Assembly: GCA_028712445.1 (NCBI GenBank)
Contig: JAQTPY010000001.1
Coordinates: 120,290 to 184,289 of the forward strand
Origin: Minisyncoccota bacterium
GTDB taxonomy: Bacteria > Patescibacteriota > Minisyncoccia > Minisyncoccales > RBG-13-42-11
Reading direction: 5' to 3'
DNA: 64,000 nt
This document shows positions 8,614-16,473 of this stretch, one piece after another (the first letter of the stretch is position 1; each line of letters starts with the position of its first letter). The notes beneath the pieces are model-generated. The model did not search any database and was not told where the DNA came from. It saw only the letters and a program-made list of their open reading frames with translations. Both the position numbers and the translations under genes were made by a program.

Positions 8614-9834
8614 ATGCCAAGTTATTCATACGTTGCCAAATCCATTTCCGGTGAAGAGAAAACCGGGAGCGCGGAGGCAAAAGATCTTCATCAACTGGCC
8701 AGGGCCTTAAGAGAGCAAGGTTTTATTTTGGTTCATGCTGTTTCTGAAAAAGAAAAAACTGCAGGAAGGAAAATCAGCTTTTCTATCCCATTTTTAGGAA
8801 GCGTGCCCTTGGAAGAAAAAATGATGTTTACTCGAAATCTTCAGGTGATGGTGGCTTCGGGTCTTTCTTTACCCAAAGCTTTGGCGGTTCTGTCTCTCCA
8901 AACAAAGAGCAATAAATTCAAAAAAGCGATAGATTCCATCAAGAATGAAGTAGTTGAGGGTAAAAATTTTTCTGATTCTCTGGCTGATCATTCCGAAATA
9001 TTCTCTGAGCTTTTTCAAAACATGATAAGAGTCGGAGAGGAAGCAGGAAATTTAGAGGAAGTTTTAACTGTTTTGGCCAGGCAAATGGAAAAAGAGCATG
9101 AACTGAAATCCAAAATACAGTCAGCTTTAATGTACCCCGCAGTTATAATTTCAGCGATGATCGGCATAGGCGTTTTAATGTTGATTATGGTTGTTCCAAA
9201 GCTCGCTGAAACTTTTGCTGAATTGGAAATAGAATTGCCTTTTACTACGCAACTTGTGATAAATGTCGGAGTTTTTCTGGCCACTAAGTGGTATTTCGGG
9301 TTGGCTTTGATTATAGCAATGGGAATTATTTTTTTATTGATTTCCAAAAGCATGGCTGGCAAGAAACTAATTGATGGTTTTGTTTTGCGCATTCCCATAG
9401 CATCGGTCCTCATCAAAAAATCAAATTCGGCTTCAACCATCAGAACTTTAAGCTCTCTGGTCGCGGCTGGCGTTCCCCTTGTCCGCTCTCTGGAGATAAT
9501 TTCAAACACACTTGGGAATGTATATTACAAAAAAGCAATTATTGAAGCTTCAGAAAAGGTAAAGAAAGGCGGGAGACTTTCCGAAGCGCTGGAACCCTAC
9601 GGAAATCTTTATCCAATAGTTGTTTTCCAGATGATTAAGGTGGGAGAAGAAACCGGGGAAACTGCAAAGATTCTATCGAAGCTTGCTGAATTTTTCGAAG
9701 AAGAAGTGGGAACCGCAGCCAGGAACTTGACCTCTATTATTGAGCCCGTTTTAATGCTGGTCATCGGCGTAGTTATAGGATTTTTTGCAATATCAATGGT
9801 CCAGCCAATGTATTCAATGCTAGATTCAGTTTAA
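8614..9834 (+). CDS. pilC: Type IV pilus / T2SS platform protein (PilC/GspF family), set 1
   Basis: 406 aa. Duplicated GspF domain pattern (FSRNLQVMV..GLSL.. and IRTLSSLVAAGVPL) with three TM segments. Confidence 0.85.
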   Translation: MPSYSYVAKSISGEEKTGSAEAKDLHQLARALREQGFILVHAVSEKEKTAGRKISFSIPFLGSVPLEEKMMFTRNLQVMVASGLSLPKALAVLSLQTKSNKFKKAIDSIKNEVVEGKNFSDSLADHSEIFSELFQNMIRVGEEAGNLEEVLTVLARQMEKEHELKSKIQSALMYPAVIISAMIGIGVLMLIMVVPKLAETFAELEIELPFTTQLVINVGVFLATKWYFGLALIIAMGIIFLLISKSMAGKKLIDGFVLRIPIASVLIKKSNSASTIRTLSSLVAAGVPLVRSLEIISNTLGNVYYKKAIIEASEKVKKGGRLSEALEPYGNLYPIVVFQMIKVGEETGETAKILSKLAEFFEEEVGTAARNLTSIIEPVLMLVIGVVIGFFAISMVQPMYSMLDSV

Positions 9835-11214
9835 ATGCAGACATCAAAAGGATTCAGTTTTATCGATGTTTTAGTGGGCATCTCCTTGATGCTTATTGTT
9901 TTTTTGGGAATTTTCGGGGCATACCAGCTGGGATTAAGAGTTATTCTCCAGTCAAAAAACAGGATTACAGCAACAGCTATTGCCAACCAGAAGATAGAGA
10001 TTATAAGAAATTTGCCATATAGAGACATTGGGACGACTCCTCATTCCATTGATGAGCCTGAAGGAAATATTTCTCAAACTGAAACAACAATCCGAAACAA
10101 TGTTGAATATTCAATAGAAACGAGAATAGCGTACGTTAATGACTGTTTTGATGGTCCGCAGAACAGCGAGTGTCCAACAGCGCCTTCGTCCGACAGTTGT
10201 CCGCGTGATTATAAGAGGGCGACTGTCGGGGTTTCTTGGCGCAATCCCAAACCAGGCAGCGTTTCTTTAACGACAGATATTTCTCCTAAAAGTCTAAATC
10301 AAGAGGAAGAGGAGTGCACCGGGGAAGCAGCGGGTGTCCTTTCAGTCACAGTTTTTAATGCTCTGGGCCAGGCAGTAGATTCTCCTTTAATTGAAATAAT
10401 TGATCCTGATTCAGAGATGGTGCTTTCTTTTTCCCAACCTATTTCGGGCAATCATGACTTTGTTTTTCCTTCAGGCACCTACAAAGTCAAAGTCAGCAAG
10501 AATAATTATAACACTTCCCAAACTTATGGCGCAGGTGATGTTTACCAGGGACAAATCATCGCAGAACCTTTAAAGTCCCACCCATCGGTTTATGAAGGAG
10601 ACCTTACTGAAATCGGTTTTAGTATTGATCAGGTGGGATCCTTCATGATTGAGACACGGGGAACTGCAGATCAAGGATATCCCCCTATTCACGATGTTCT
10701 TTTCCGCATGACGGGCAGCCAAACAGTAGGCAATAAAGAAGATGGCAGCCCGATCTATAAATATTCCGGGGATCATTTAACTAACGGCACAGCAGATATC
10801 ACCATAAGCGGTCTTGAATGGGATTCTTACAATTTTTTTGTTGATTCTTCCAGTTACGAACTGATAGGTTTTGAATCTCCCTTGGGATCCACGACTACCC
10901 AACCTGTGACACTTCTTCCTGATGAGAATAAGGAGCTAAGATTGATTTTGAAGGCAGAAAACACCCTTAATGCCACTGTCCGGGACGCCTCAAGCTCCCA
11001 GCCTGTTTTTGGGGCAGGAGTGAGATTATACCAAACTGGTTTAGGGTATGATGAAATTCAGCCCACCAATGCCAGCGGAACTACTCTCTTTTTGCCTCTC
11101 CAAGCCGAAATCTATAATTTTGAAATAGAGGCTTTAGGATACGCTAGCTCATCAGGATCGGTTTCTGTTTTGGGAGACGATGATTTAAATATTAATTTGA
11201 ATCCATTACCGTGA
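9835..11214 (+). CDS. Large pseudopilin-like protein with class III signal and beta-sandwich (CarboxypepD_reg-like) repeats
   Basis: 459 aa. N-terminus MQTSKG|FSFIDVLVGISLMLIVF, with D at +5 instead of E. Two or three segments match the G.V.D..G.P...A.V...Y.v.vs..GY pattern (e.g. LSVTVFNALGQAV..GTYKVKVSKNNY). Confidence 0.6.
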   Translation: MQTSKGFSFIDVLVGISLMLIVFLGIFGAYQLGLRVILQSKNRITATAIANQKIEIIRNLPYRDIGTTPHSIDEPEGNISQTETTIRNNVEYSIETRIAYVNDCFDGPQNSECPTAPSSDSCPRDYKRATVGVSWRNPKPGSVSLTTDISPKSLNQEEEECTGEAAGVLSVTVFNALGQAVDSPLIEIIDPDSEMVLSFSQPISGNHDFVFPSGTYKVKVSKNNYNTSQTYGAGDVYQGQIIAEPLKSHPSVYEGDLTEIGFSIDQVGSFMIETRGTADQGYPPIHDVLFRMTGSQTVGNKEDGSPIYKYSGDHLTNGTADITISGLEWDSYNFFVDSSSYELIGFESPLGSTTTQPVTLLPDENKELRLILKAENTLNATVRDASSSQPVFGAGVRLYQTGLGYDEIQPTNASGTTLFLPLQAEIYNFEIEALGYASSSGSVSVLGDDDLNINLNPLP

Positions 11215-11795
11215 GAAGAGCATTCACTTTGATAGAAACTTTGGTAACCATAGCTATTTTTGCTTTGACCATGGGAGTTGTTTCAACTTTTATTGTTTTG
11301 GGCTACAAAACTCAAAGTTATGCTTCTCAGCAGGCGGTAGCTATCGGGGAGGCGAGAAAAGGGATAGAAACTTTGGTTCGTGAAATAAGGGAGGCAAAAA
11401 GCGGCGAAGACGGTTCTTATGTTATCGAACAGGCAGATGATTATGAATTTATTTTTTATTCAAATATTGACGATGACTCCGCTTCCGAGAAAATAAGATA
11501 TTTTATTGACGGAACCAATTTTAAGAAAGGAGTCACTGATCCTTCGGGTTCTCCCCCGCAATATTTTCCTGCGTCTGAAAAAATCACTGTTTTGTCTGAG
11601 CACGTAGTAAACAGCCCCCCTGTTTTTCATTATTACGACGGAGATGGGCTGGAAATCGTCGAACTGCCGGCTCGTCCCAAGGATACGAAACTGATGAGGG
11701 TTTATCTGGTGGTTAACGTCGATCTTAGTAGGGCTCCCCAGAGCTATGAACTGGAATCTTCAGTTCAGATCAGAAATCTTAAAGATAATTTATAA
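11211..11795 (+). CDS. Prepilin-type N-terminal cleavage/methylation domain protein (minor pseudopilin)
   Basis: 194 aa. GTG start overlaps the upstream TGA. N-terminus MRRA|FTLIETLVTIAIFAL. Confidence 0.7.
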   Translation: MRRAFTLIETLVTIAIFALTMGVVSTFIVLGYKTQSYASQQAVAIGEARKGIETLVREIREAKSGEDGSYVIEQADDYEFIFYSNIDDDSASEKIRYFIDGTNFKKGVTDPSGSPPQYFPASEKITVLSEHVVNSPPVFHYYDGDGLEIVELPARPKDTKLMRVYLVVNVDLSRAPQSYELESSVQIRNLKDNL

Positions 11796-11805
11796 TTCCA
11801 CAAAT

Positions 11806-13191
11806 ATGTGGAAACCTTTTGAATTAAATTCAATGAAAAACAAAGGATCTATAATTACTTTAGTTCTGGTGTTCGGCTCGGTGTTTTTAATACTTTTATC
11901 AGGATTGCTGGGTTTTATTCTGATTCAGCACAGGCAGTCTCTTCAAAAAGTAGCGTGGAATGAAGCTTTGAATATAGCTGAAGCAGGCATAAATTATGCC
12001 AAATGGCATCTTTTGCATTCTCCGGAAGATTATGATTTTGAGGGAGCTCAAGAATATGCGGATATCGGTCAGTTTCAGCTTGATATTATTTCTCCTTCAG
12101 GCTGCGATCAGGCAGCTCAGATTACTTCCACGGGTTTTGCTTCCAGTTTTCCTCAAACGCAAAGAAAAGTAAGGATAAAATATTCCAAACCCTCTCTGTC
12201 TCAATATGCTTTCTTAACTGATACCAACGTCTGGTTTGGAGAAGAAGAGTCTTTAAAAGGGCCGGTTCACTCAAACGGAGGAATCAGAATGGATGGGAAT
12301 CAGAATTCTCTTTTTACGTCAGATGAAGAAAATTATCTTTGCGGGTCAGAACATGGTTGTGACCCGGCAGAGTATAAGCCGGGAATATGGGGAGCTGGAC
12401 AGGGACAATATGAGGGGCTTTGGCAGTTTCCGGTTCCAACGGTTGATTTTGATTTAATTACTCAGGATTTAGACACGTTGAAAGCTGAAGCATTGGCTTC
12501 GGGCATATATATCACCCAGCCAGTCGATCACGGATATCATATCAGGTTTAACGCCAACGGAACCATGGATGTTTTTCGGGTAAAAGGCGTTAAGCAAAAA
12601 GTTTGGGGATGGAATGGTGTAGATTGGGTTTATGAATCAAATGATATTGATAATGAGGAATGGCAGGCAAATTACGTTCTTCCGGTAAACTGTTCTCCGA
12701 TTTTCGTTGAGAATAATGTTTGGGTGGATGGAACCGTTAACGGAAGAGCTGTTCTGGTCGCAGCCGAATTGCCTGAAAAGTCTCAAAAAATGAAAAAAAT
12801 CATCATCAATGGGAACATAGACTACGCTGATTCCGGCTCATCTCTGGGGCTGATTAGTCAAAGCGATGTTTTGATTCCTCTTTATTCTCCCGATAATTTA
12901 TCAATAAGCGCAGCCATGCTTGCTCAGAATGGCCATGTTTTCAGGTATTATTATCCTGATTGGTCATCAGAACCTTATAATACTTATGCCTTAAGGAATT
13001 CAATTACAACTTACGGTTCGATAATAACAAAGATGTTTTGGACTTTCAGCTGGGTAGACGACGAAGAAGATGTAACATCCGGTTATCAAAACACAGATAT
13101 GAATTATGATCCAAGGCTGACCTATAGCCCGCCTCCTCGTTTTCCAACCAGCGGAGAATATGAATTCCTGGAGTGGGAAGAGGTAAAATAA
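11806..13191 (+). CDS. Large PilX-like / tip-associated pilus protein (hypothetical)
   Basis: The track ORF starts at 11746 and overlaps the previous gene. I prefer ATG 11806 (or 11833, MKNKGSIITLVLVFGSVFLILL), just after the upstream stop. One N-terminal hydrophobic helix followed by about 430 aa of unknown fold. Confidence 0.5.
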   Translation: MWKPFELNSMKNKGSIITLVLVFGSVFLILLSGLLGFILIQHRQSLQKVAWNEALNIAEAGINYAKWHLLHSPEDYDFEGAQEYADIGQFQLDIISPSGCDQAAQITSTGFASSFPQTQRKVRIKYSKPSLSQYAFLTDTNVWFGEEESLKGPVHSNGGIRMDGNQNSLFTSDEENYLCGSEHGCDPAEYKPGIWGAGQGQYEGLWQFPVPTVDFDLITQDLDTLKAEALASGIYITQPVDHGYHIRFNANGTMDVFRVKGVKQKVWGWNGVDWVYESNDIDNEEWQANYVLPVNCSPIFVENNVWVDGTVNGRAVLVAAELPEKSQKMKKIIINGNIDYADSGSSLGLISQSDVLIPLYSPDNLSISAAMLAQNGHVFRYYYPDWSSEPYNTYALRNSITTYGSIITKMFWTFSWVDDEEDVTSGYQNTDMNYDPRLTYSPPPRFPTSGEYEFLEWEEVK

Positions 13192-13193
13192 AA

Positions 13194-13211
13194 GACCCTC
13201 ATATGAGGGTC
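13194..13211. terminator. Bidirectional terminator hairpin between convergent genes
   Basis: Perfect palindrome GACCCTCA-TA-TGAGGGTC, immediately after the stop at 13191 and before the minus-strand stop at 13219. Confidence 0.55.
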
Positions 13212-13218
13212 GCGCCTA

Positions 13219-13707
13219 TTAATTCTTCATATTCCGAGAAAAGAAATCCGTAGGCACTTGAACTTGGAATATTTTCTTTTGGGTATCTATTCCTCTAATC
13301 CAGAGCAATTCTCCAGGAGAGAGAGCGTCAAAGAATTGATCTGATGAAAACTCCACTCTTCTGTTGTGCTTACCTTCTCTGTAGAAGAATACGGTAGTGG
13401 CATCGATGGAGATAACGGGTTGGAGGGCTCCCGTACTGTAAGTAAAGCTTTTCGACTCCTTGTTTATATCTTTTACATAACCACTATAATGGTAACCGTA
13501 ATAAAGATCGATTGTTGCGGGCAACGTTCTCCACCCTTCGTAGCTTGTCGTTCTGGCTGGAGCAACTTGCGAGACGAGAGGCGGAGTCACTTCGCTGCCG
13601 GGGTTTCCTCCTGGCGGACCGCCAATTGGAGCTCCGACACCTCCTGCCCCCATGACAATTAGAATCAGTGCGACAATGAGAAGGAATGCGAATTTAGCTT
13701 TTTTCAA
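13219..13707 (-). CDS. Hypothetical membrane-anchored/secreted protein
   Basis: 162 aa. N-terminal helix FAFLLIVALILIVMGAGG, then a Gly/Pro-rich linker. No recognisable domain. It is the only minus-strand gene inside pilus set 1. Confidence 0.5.
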   Translation of the reverse strand: MKKAKFAFLLIVALILIVMGAGGVGAPIGGPPGGNPGSEVTPPLVSQVAPARTTSYEGWRTLPATIDLYYGYHYSGYVKDINKESKSFTYSTGALQPVISIDATTVFFYREGKHNRRVEFSSDQFFDALSPGELLWIRGIDTQKKIFQVQVPTDFFSRNMKN

Positions 13708-13804
13708 TTTCTCACCTCCTAAATTTCTGATTTTAAAGATATATTATATGAATATAAAAATCAAGCCCTGGGCTATTTTGCTTCATTTTAGTATAATATT
13801 ATAA

Positions 13805-14899
13805 ATGTTTAATTTTTTAGAGTTAGAGCCGGAATCTTTCGGTTTAGATTTTTCAGACTCTTATTTAAGAATAGTAAAACTTGAAAAGAAAAGAGATGGT
13901 TTTGACGTAGCCTCCTATGCGGAACGAAAGATTGATCCGGATATCATAAAAAATGGAGAAGTAAAAAAAGAAGAAGAATTGGCTAAAGCTATCAGAGAAA
14001 CAGTAAACGCTGCAAAGGGGAAAAAGGTTCGCACAAATTACGTTGTTGCTTCTCTTCCTGAAAACAAATCTTTTCTTCAAGTTATCCAGATGCCCTTGAT
14101 TTCAAAGGAAGATTTGAAGGCAGCTGTTGTTTATGAGGCGGAAAATTACATTCCACTGCCCATAGAAGAAGTATATTTTGATTCTGAAATTGTCACTCCA
14201 ATAGAAAACCATCTTAATCATTATGATGTTTTAATTTCTGCTTTGCCTAAGAAAACTGTGAATCTTTATCTTTCTTCTCTAGAGAAGGCTGGCTTAAGGC
14301 CTCTTGCTCTGGAAACAGAATCTTTTTCAATAACCAGAGCTTTGGTCAAAAATCAGACTGCGCCATCCCCCGTTGCAATAATTGATTTTGGGCAGACAAA
14401 AACAATGGTTATTATTTTCTCAGGAAAATCATTAAGGTTTTCTTTTTGCGCTCCGGTGGGAGCATATGATTTTGATGAAGTTATATCTAAGGCGTTGAAA
14501 GTTAATTTGAAAGAAGCAGAATATCTGCGAGCGCAGTACGGTTTGGAGCAAAAAGAAAATAAAGGAAAGGAGGTTTTCGAAGCCCTTTATCCTGCCCTTA
14601 GCGTTTTGGCTGATGAAATCAAAAAATATATTGACTATTATGAAAACCATTCTGCCCACGAACATCTTTCAACTTCGGGAAAAAAGATATCAAAGATTCT
14701 TTTGTCCGGGCCAGGAGCTGACATTAAAGGTGTGACAAAATATTTTTCCGAAAGATTTTTAACAAAGGCTGAAATTGGCGATCCCTGGGTTAATGTTTTA
14801 ACCGACAAGCAGAGAAAATTTATAGAGCCCTCATTCAAGGGGTCAATAAATTTTGCTTCAGCTTTGGGACTGGCCCTGAGGGGGGTAAAAAATAAGTAA
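13805..14899 (+). CDS. pilM: Type IV pilus assembly protein PilM (actin-like ATPase fold), set 1
   Basis: 364 aa. Starts FGLDFSDSYLRIVKL. Length and position (followed by PilN/PilO-like genes) match PilM. Paralogous to the ORF at 42017, which has the same length. Confidence 0.8.
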   Translation: MFNFLELEPESFGLDFSDSYLRIVKLEKKRDGFDVASYAERKIDPDIIKNGEVKKEEELAKAIRETVNAAKGKKVRTNYVVASLPENKSFLQVIQMPLISKEDLKAAVVYEAENYIPLPIEEVYFDSEIVTPIENHLNHYDVLISALPKKTVNLYLSSLEKAGLRPLALETESFSITRALVKNQTAPSPVAIIDFGQTKTMVIIFSGKSLRFSFCAPVGAYDFDEVISKALKVNLKEAEYLRAQYGLEQKENKGKEVFEALYPALSVLADEIKKYIDYYENHSAHEHLSTSGKKISKILLSGPGADIKGVTKYFSERFLTKAEIGDPWVNVLTDKQRKFIEPSFKGSINFASALGLALRGVKNK

Positions 14900-14911
14900 A
14901 GATTGTTTTAA

Positions 14912-15451
14912 ATGATAAATCTGCTTCCACAATTAAAAAAAGAAGAGCTGCGACAAGAGGAAAACTGGAAACTGATAATTGTCTTGGGGATTTTTGCTTT
15001 GTTTTTCTTGATATCTTTGTCTTTGATTTTTTTCTCAATAGAGAACTATATTTTAGGTGAATCAAAAGTTCAAAAAATAATATTAAGTCAGAAAGAAAAA
15101 GAATTCGAGAATTCCAACATCAAAGATTTAAATGAAAAATTAATCAATTTCAATCAGACTGTCTCTCGATTAGATTATTTTTATGGCAATCAGAAAAAGA
15201 TCGGTGACATTTTGAGTAAAATTTCCGAAACTGTTCCTTTAGGAGTAGTAATAAACAATCTTTCACTAGGTCTGAAAAGCAAAAAATTTACTTGCGGTAT
15301 TAGCGGTTCTTCTCCGAATAGAGAATTGCTTCTGGAGTTTAAAGAAAATTTGGAGGAAAATGAGAGTTTTAAAGATATTAATTTCCCACCGGGGAGTTGG
15401 GTTGAGTCAAAAGATATAGATTTCGCTTTAAGTTTTAGCGTAGATGAATAA
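14912..15451 (+). CDS. pilN: PilN-like bitopic pilus alignment protein, set 1
   Basis: 179 aa. Conserved N-terminal INLLP motif, then a single TM helix and a coiled-coil/ferredoxin-like tail. Confidence 0.7.
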   Translation: MINLLPQLKKEELRQEENWKLIIVLGIFALFFLISLSLIFFSIENYILGESKVQKIILSQKEKEFENSNIKDLNEKLINFNQTVSRLDYFYGNQKKIGDILSKISETVPLGVVINNLSLGLKSKKFTCGISGSSPNRELLLEFKENLEENESFKDINFPPGSWVESKDIDFALSFSVDE

Positions 15452-15462
15452 TATAAATAAAA

Positions 15463-15984
15463 ATGTTGCTAAACAATAAAATTAAGATATCTGTCGCCTT
15501 AATTGTTTTTTTGGCAGTAATAATGGCAGTTTTCCTTGTCCGTCCGATTTTAAGCGGAATTAAAGCCAGCTCGGAAGAATTGAAAAAACAAAGGGAAGAG
15601 TCTTACATGATTGAAAGTAAAATATCCAGTCTCGAAGATTTTAGAACCATTTACAATGGCTTGGAAGGTTTTCTTGAAGAAATCGACGGTTTATTTGTTG
15701 ATTCAGACGTGCCCATCGTTTTTATCAATTTTCTCGAGAACAAGGCCAAAGATTCAAATCTTGAAATTAAAATTTCTTCTAATGTCACAAAAACAGATAA
15801 AAAAGATTTCTGGCCTTTCCTCGTTTTCCAGATCAATGCAAAGGGTTCATTTGTTAATTATTTAAAATTTTTGCACAAGATAGAAAACGGTTCTTATCTG
15901 GCAGAGGTGGAGAATGTTAATGTTTTAAGAAGCGGAGAAGATAATGTTTCGGCCAGTTTTTCCGTAAAGGTATTTGCAAAGTGA
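15463..15984 (+). CDS. pilO: PilO-like bitopic pilus alignment protein, set 1
   Basis: 173 aa. One N-terminal TM helix, a coiled coil, and its position after pilN. Confidence 0.6.
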   Translation: MLLNNKIKISVALIVFLAVIMAVFLVRPILSGIKASSEELKKQREESYMIESKISSLEDFRTIYNGLEGFLEEIDGLFVDSDVPIVFINFLENKAKDSNLEIKISSNVTKTDKKDFWPFLVFQINAKGSFVNYLKFLHKIENGSYLAEVENVNVLRSGEDNVSASFSVKVFAK

Positions 15985-15991
15985 AAAAGAA

Positions 15992-16276
15992 ATGATTAAG
16001 GTAAGATTTAAATTTAAAAAAGTTGCATTTAAAAGGAATCTAAGCGCGATTGTCAGAAATCTTTTCAGGTCCTTTATTGCGATCTTTTTTGCCTCTCTTT
16101 TTATAGGAAGCATGGTTTTTTATCAGTATGTTTTAAAGCCAAATAATGAAAGCCCCAAGATTTCAGAAGAGGTAATAAAGTTTGACGAAAAAACATTCCA
16201 GAGGGTTTTGGAAAAACTGCAGGAGAGAAATGAAAAATTAAAAACAGAAAGATCAGATTATCACAGCCCCTTCTAA
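15992..16276 (+). CDS. Small bitopic protein closing pilus set 1 (PilP-like position)
   Basis: The track ORF starts at TTG 15974, overlapping pilO. ATG 15992 (MIKVRFKF) is preferred. One TM helix (FIAIFFASLFIGSMVFY). C-terminus ..DYHSPF. Confidence 0.5.
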   Translation: MIKVRFKFKKVAFKRNLSAIVRNLFRSFIAIFFASLFIGSMVFYQYVLKPNNESPKISEEVIKFDEKTFQRVLEKLQERNEKLKTERSDYHSPF

Positions 16277-16286
16277 TTTGCTTTAA

Positions 16287-16315
16287 TTGACGAGAGGGGA
16301 TTTTTAAGTTATAAT
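16287..16315 (+). promoter_or_regulatory. Sigma70-type promoter for tRNA-Arg(UCU)
   Basis: TTGACG (16287-16292), 17-nt spacer, TATAAT (16310-16315). The tRNA starts at 16332. Confidence 0.6.
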
Positions 16316-16331
16316 TTGAGCACAATAAAAC

Positions 16332-16403
16332 GCCCCCGTAGTTCAATGGATAGAATAGGAACCTTCTAAGTTCTAGATCGAGGTCCGATTCCTCGCGGGG
16401 GCA
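16332..16403 (+). tRNA. tRNA-Arg(UCU)
   Basis: Acceptor GCCCCCG/CGGGGGC, anticodon stem GGAAC/GTTCT, loop CTTCTAA, T arm CGAGG-TCCGATT-CCTCG. The T-loop has C at position 55. Confidence 0.8.
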
Positions 16404-16473
16404 CACTTCGACTCGCCTTGGGCTCGCTGGCTAGGGAGGTGAAGTGCCCTGAGTTTATTCGAAGGGCTACCTT

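Noticed and set aside
11211-11214. Possible UGA recoding, since some candidate-phyla lineages read UGA as Gly.
   Set aside because: TGA closes well-defined genes at natural ends, for example 11212-11214 with a GTGA start/stop overlap, the pilD stop overlapping ATG 51082, and the ftsH stop at 23792-23794. Conserved proteins contain no in-frame TGA, so the code is standard.
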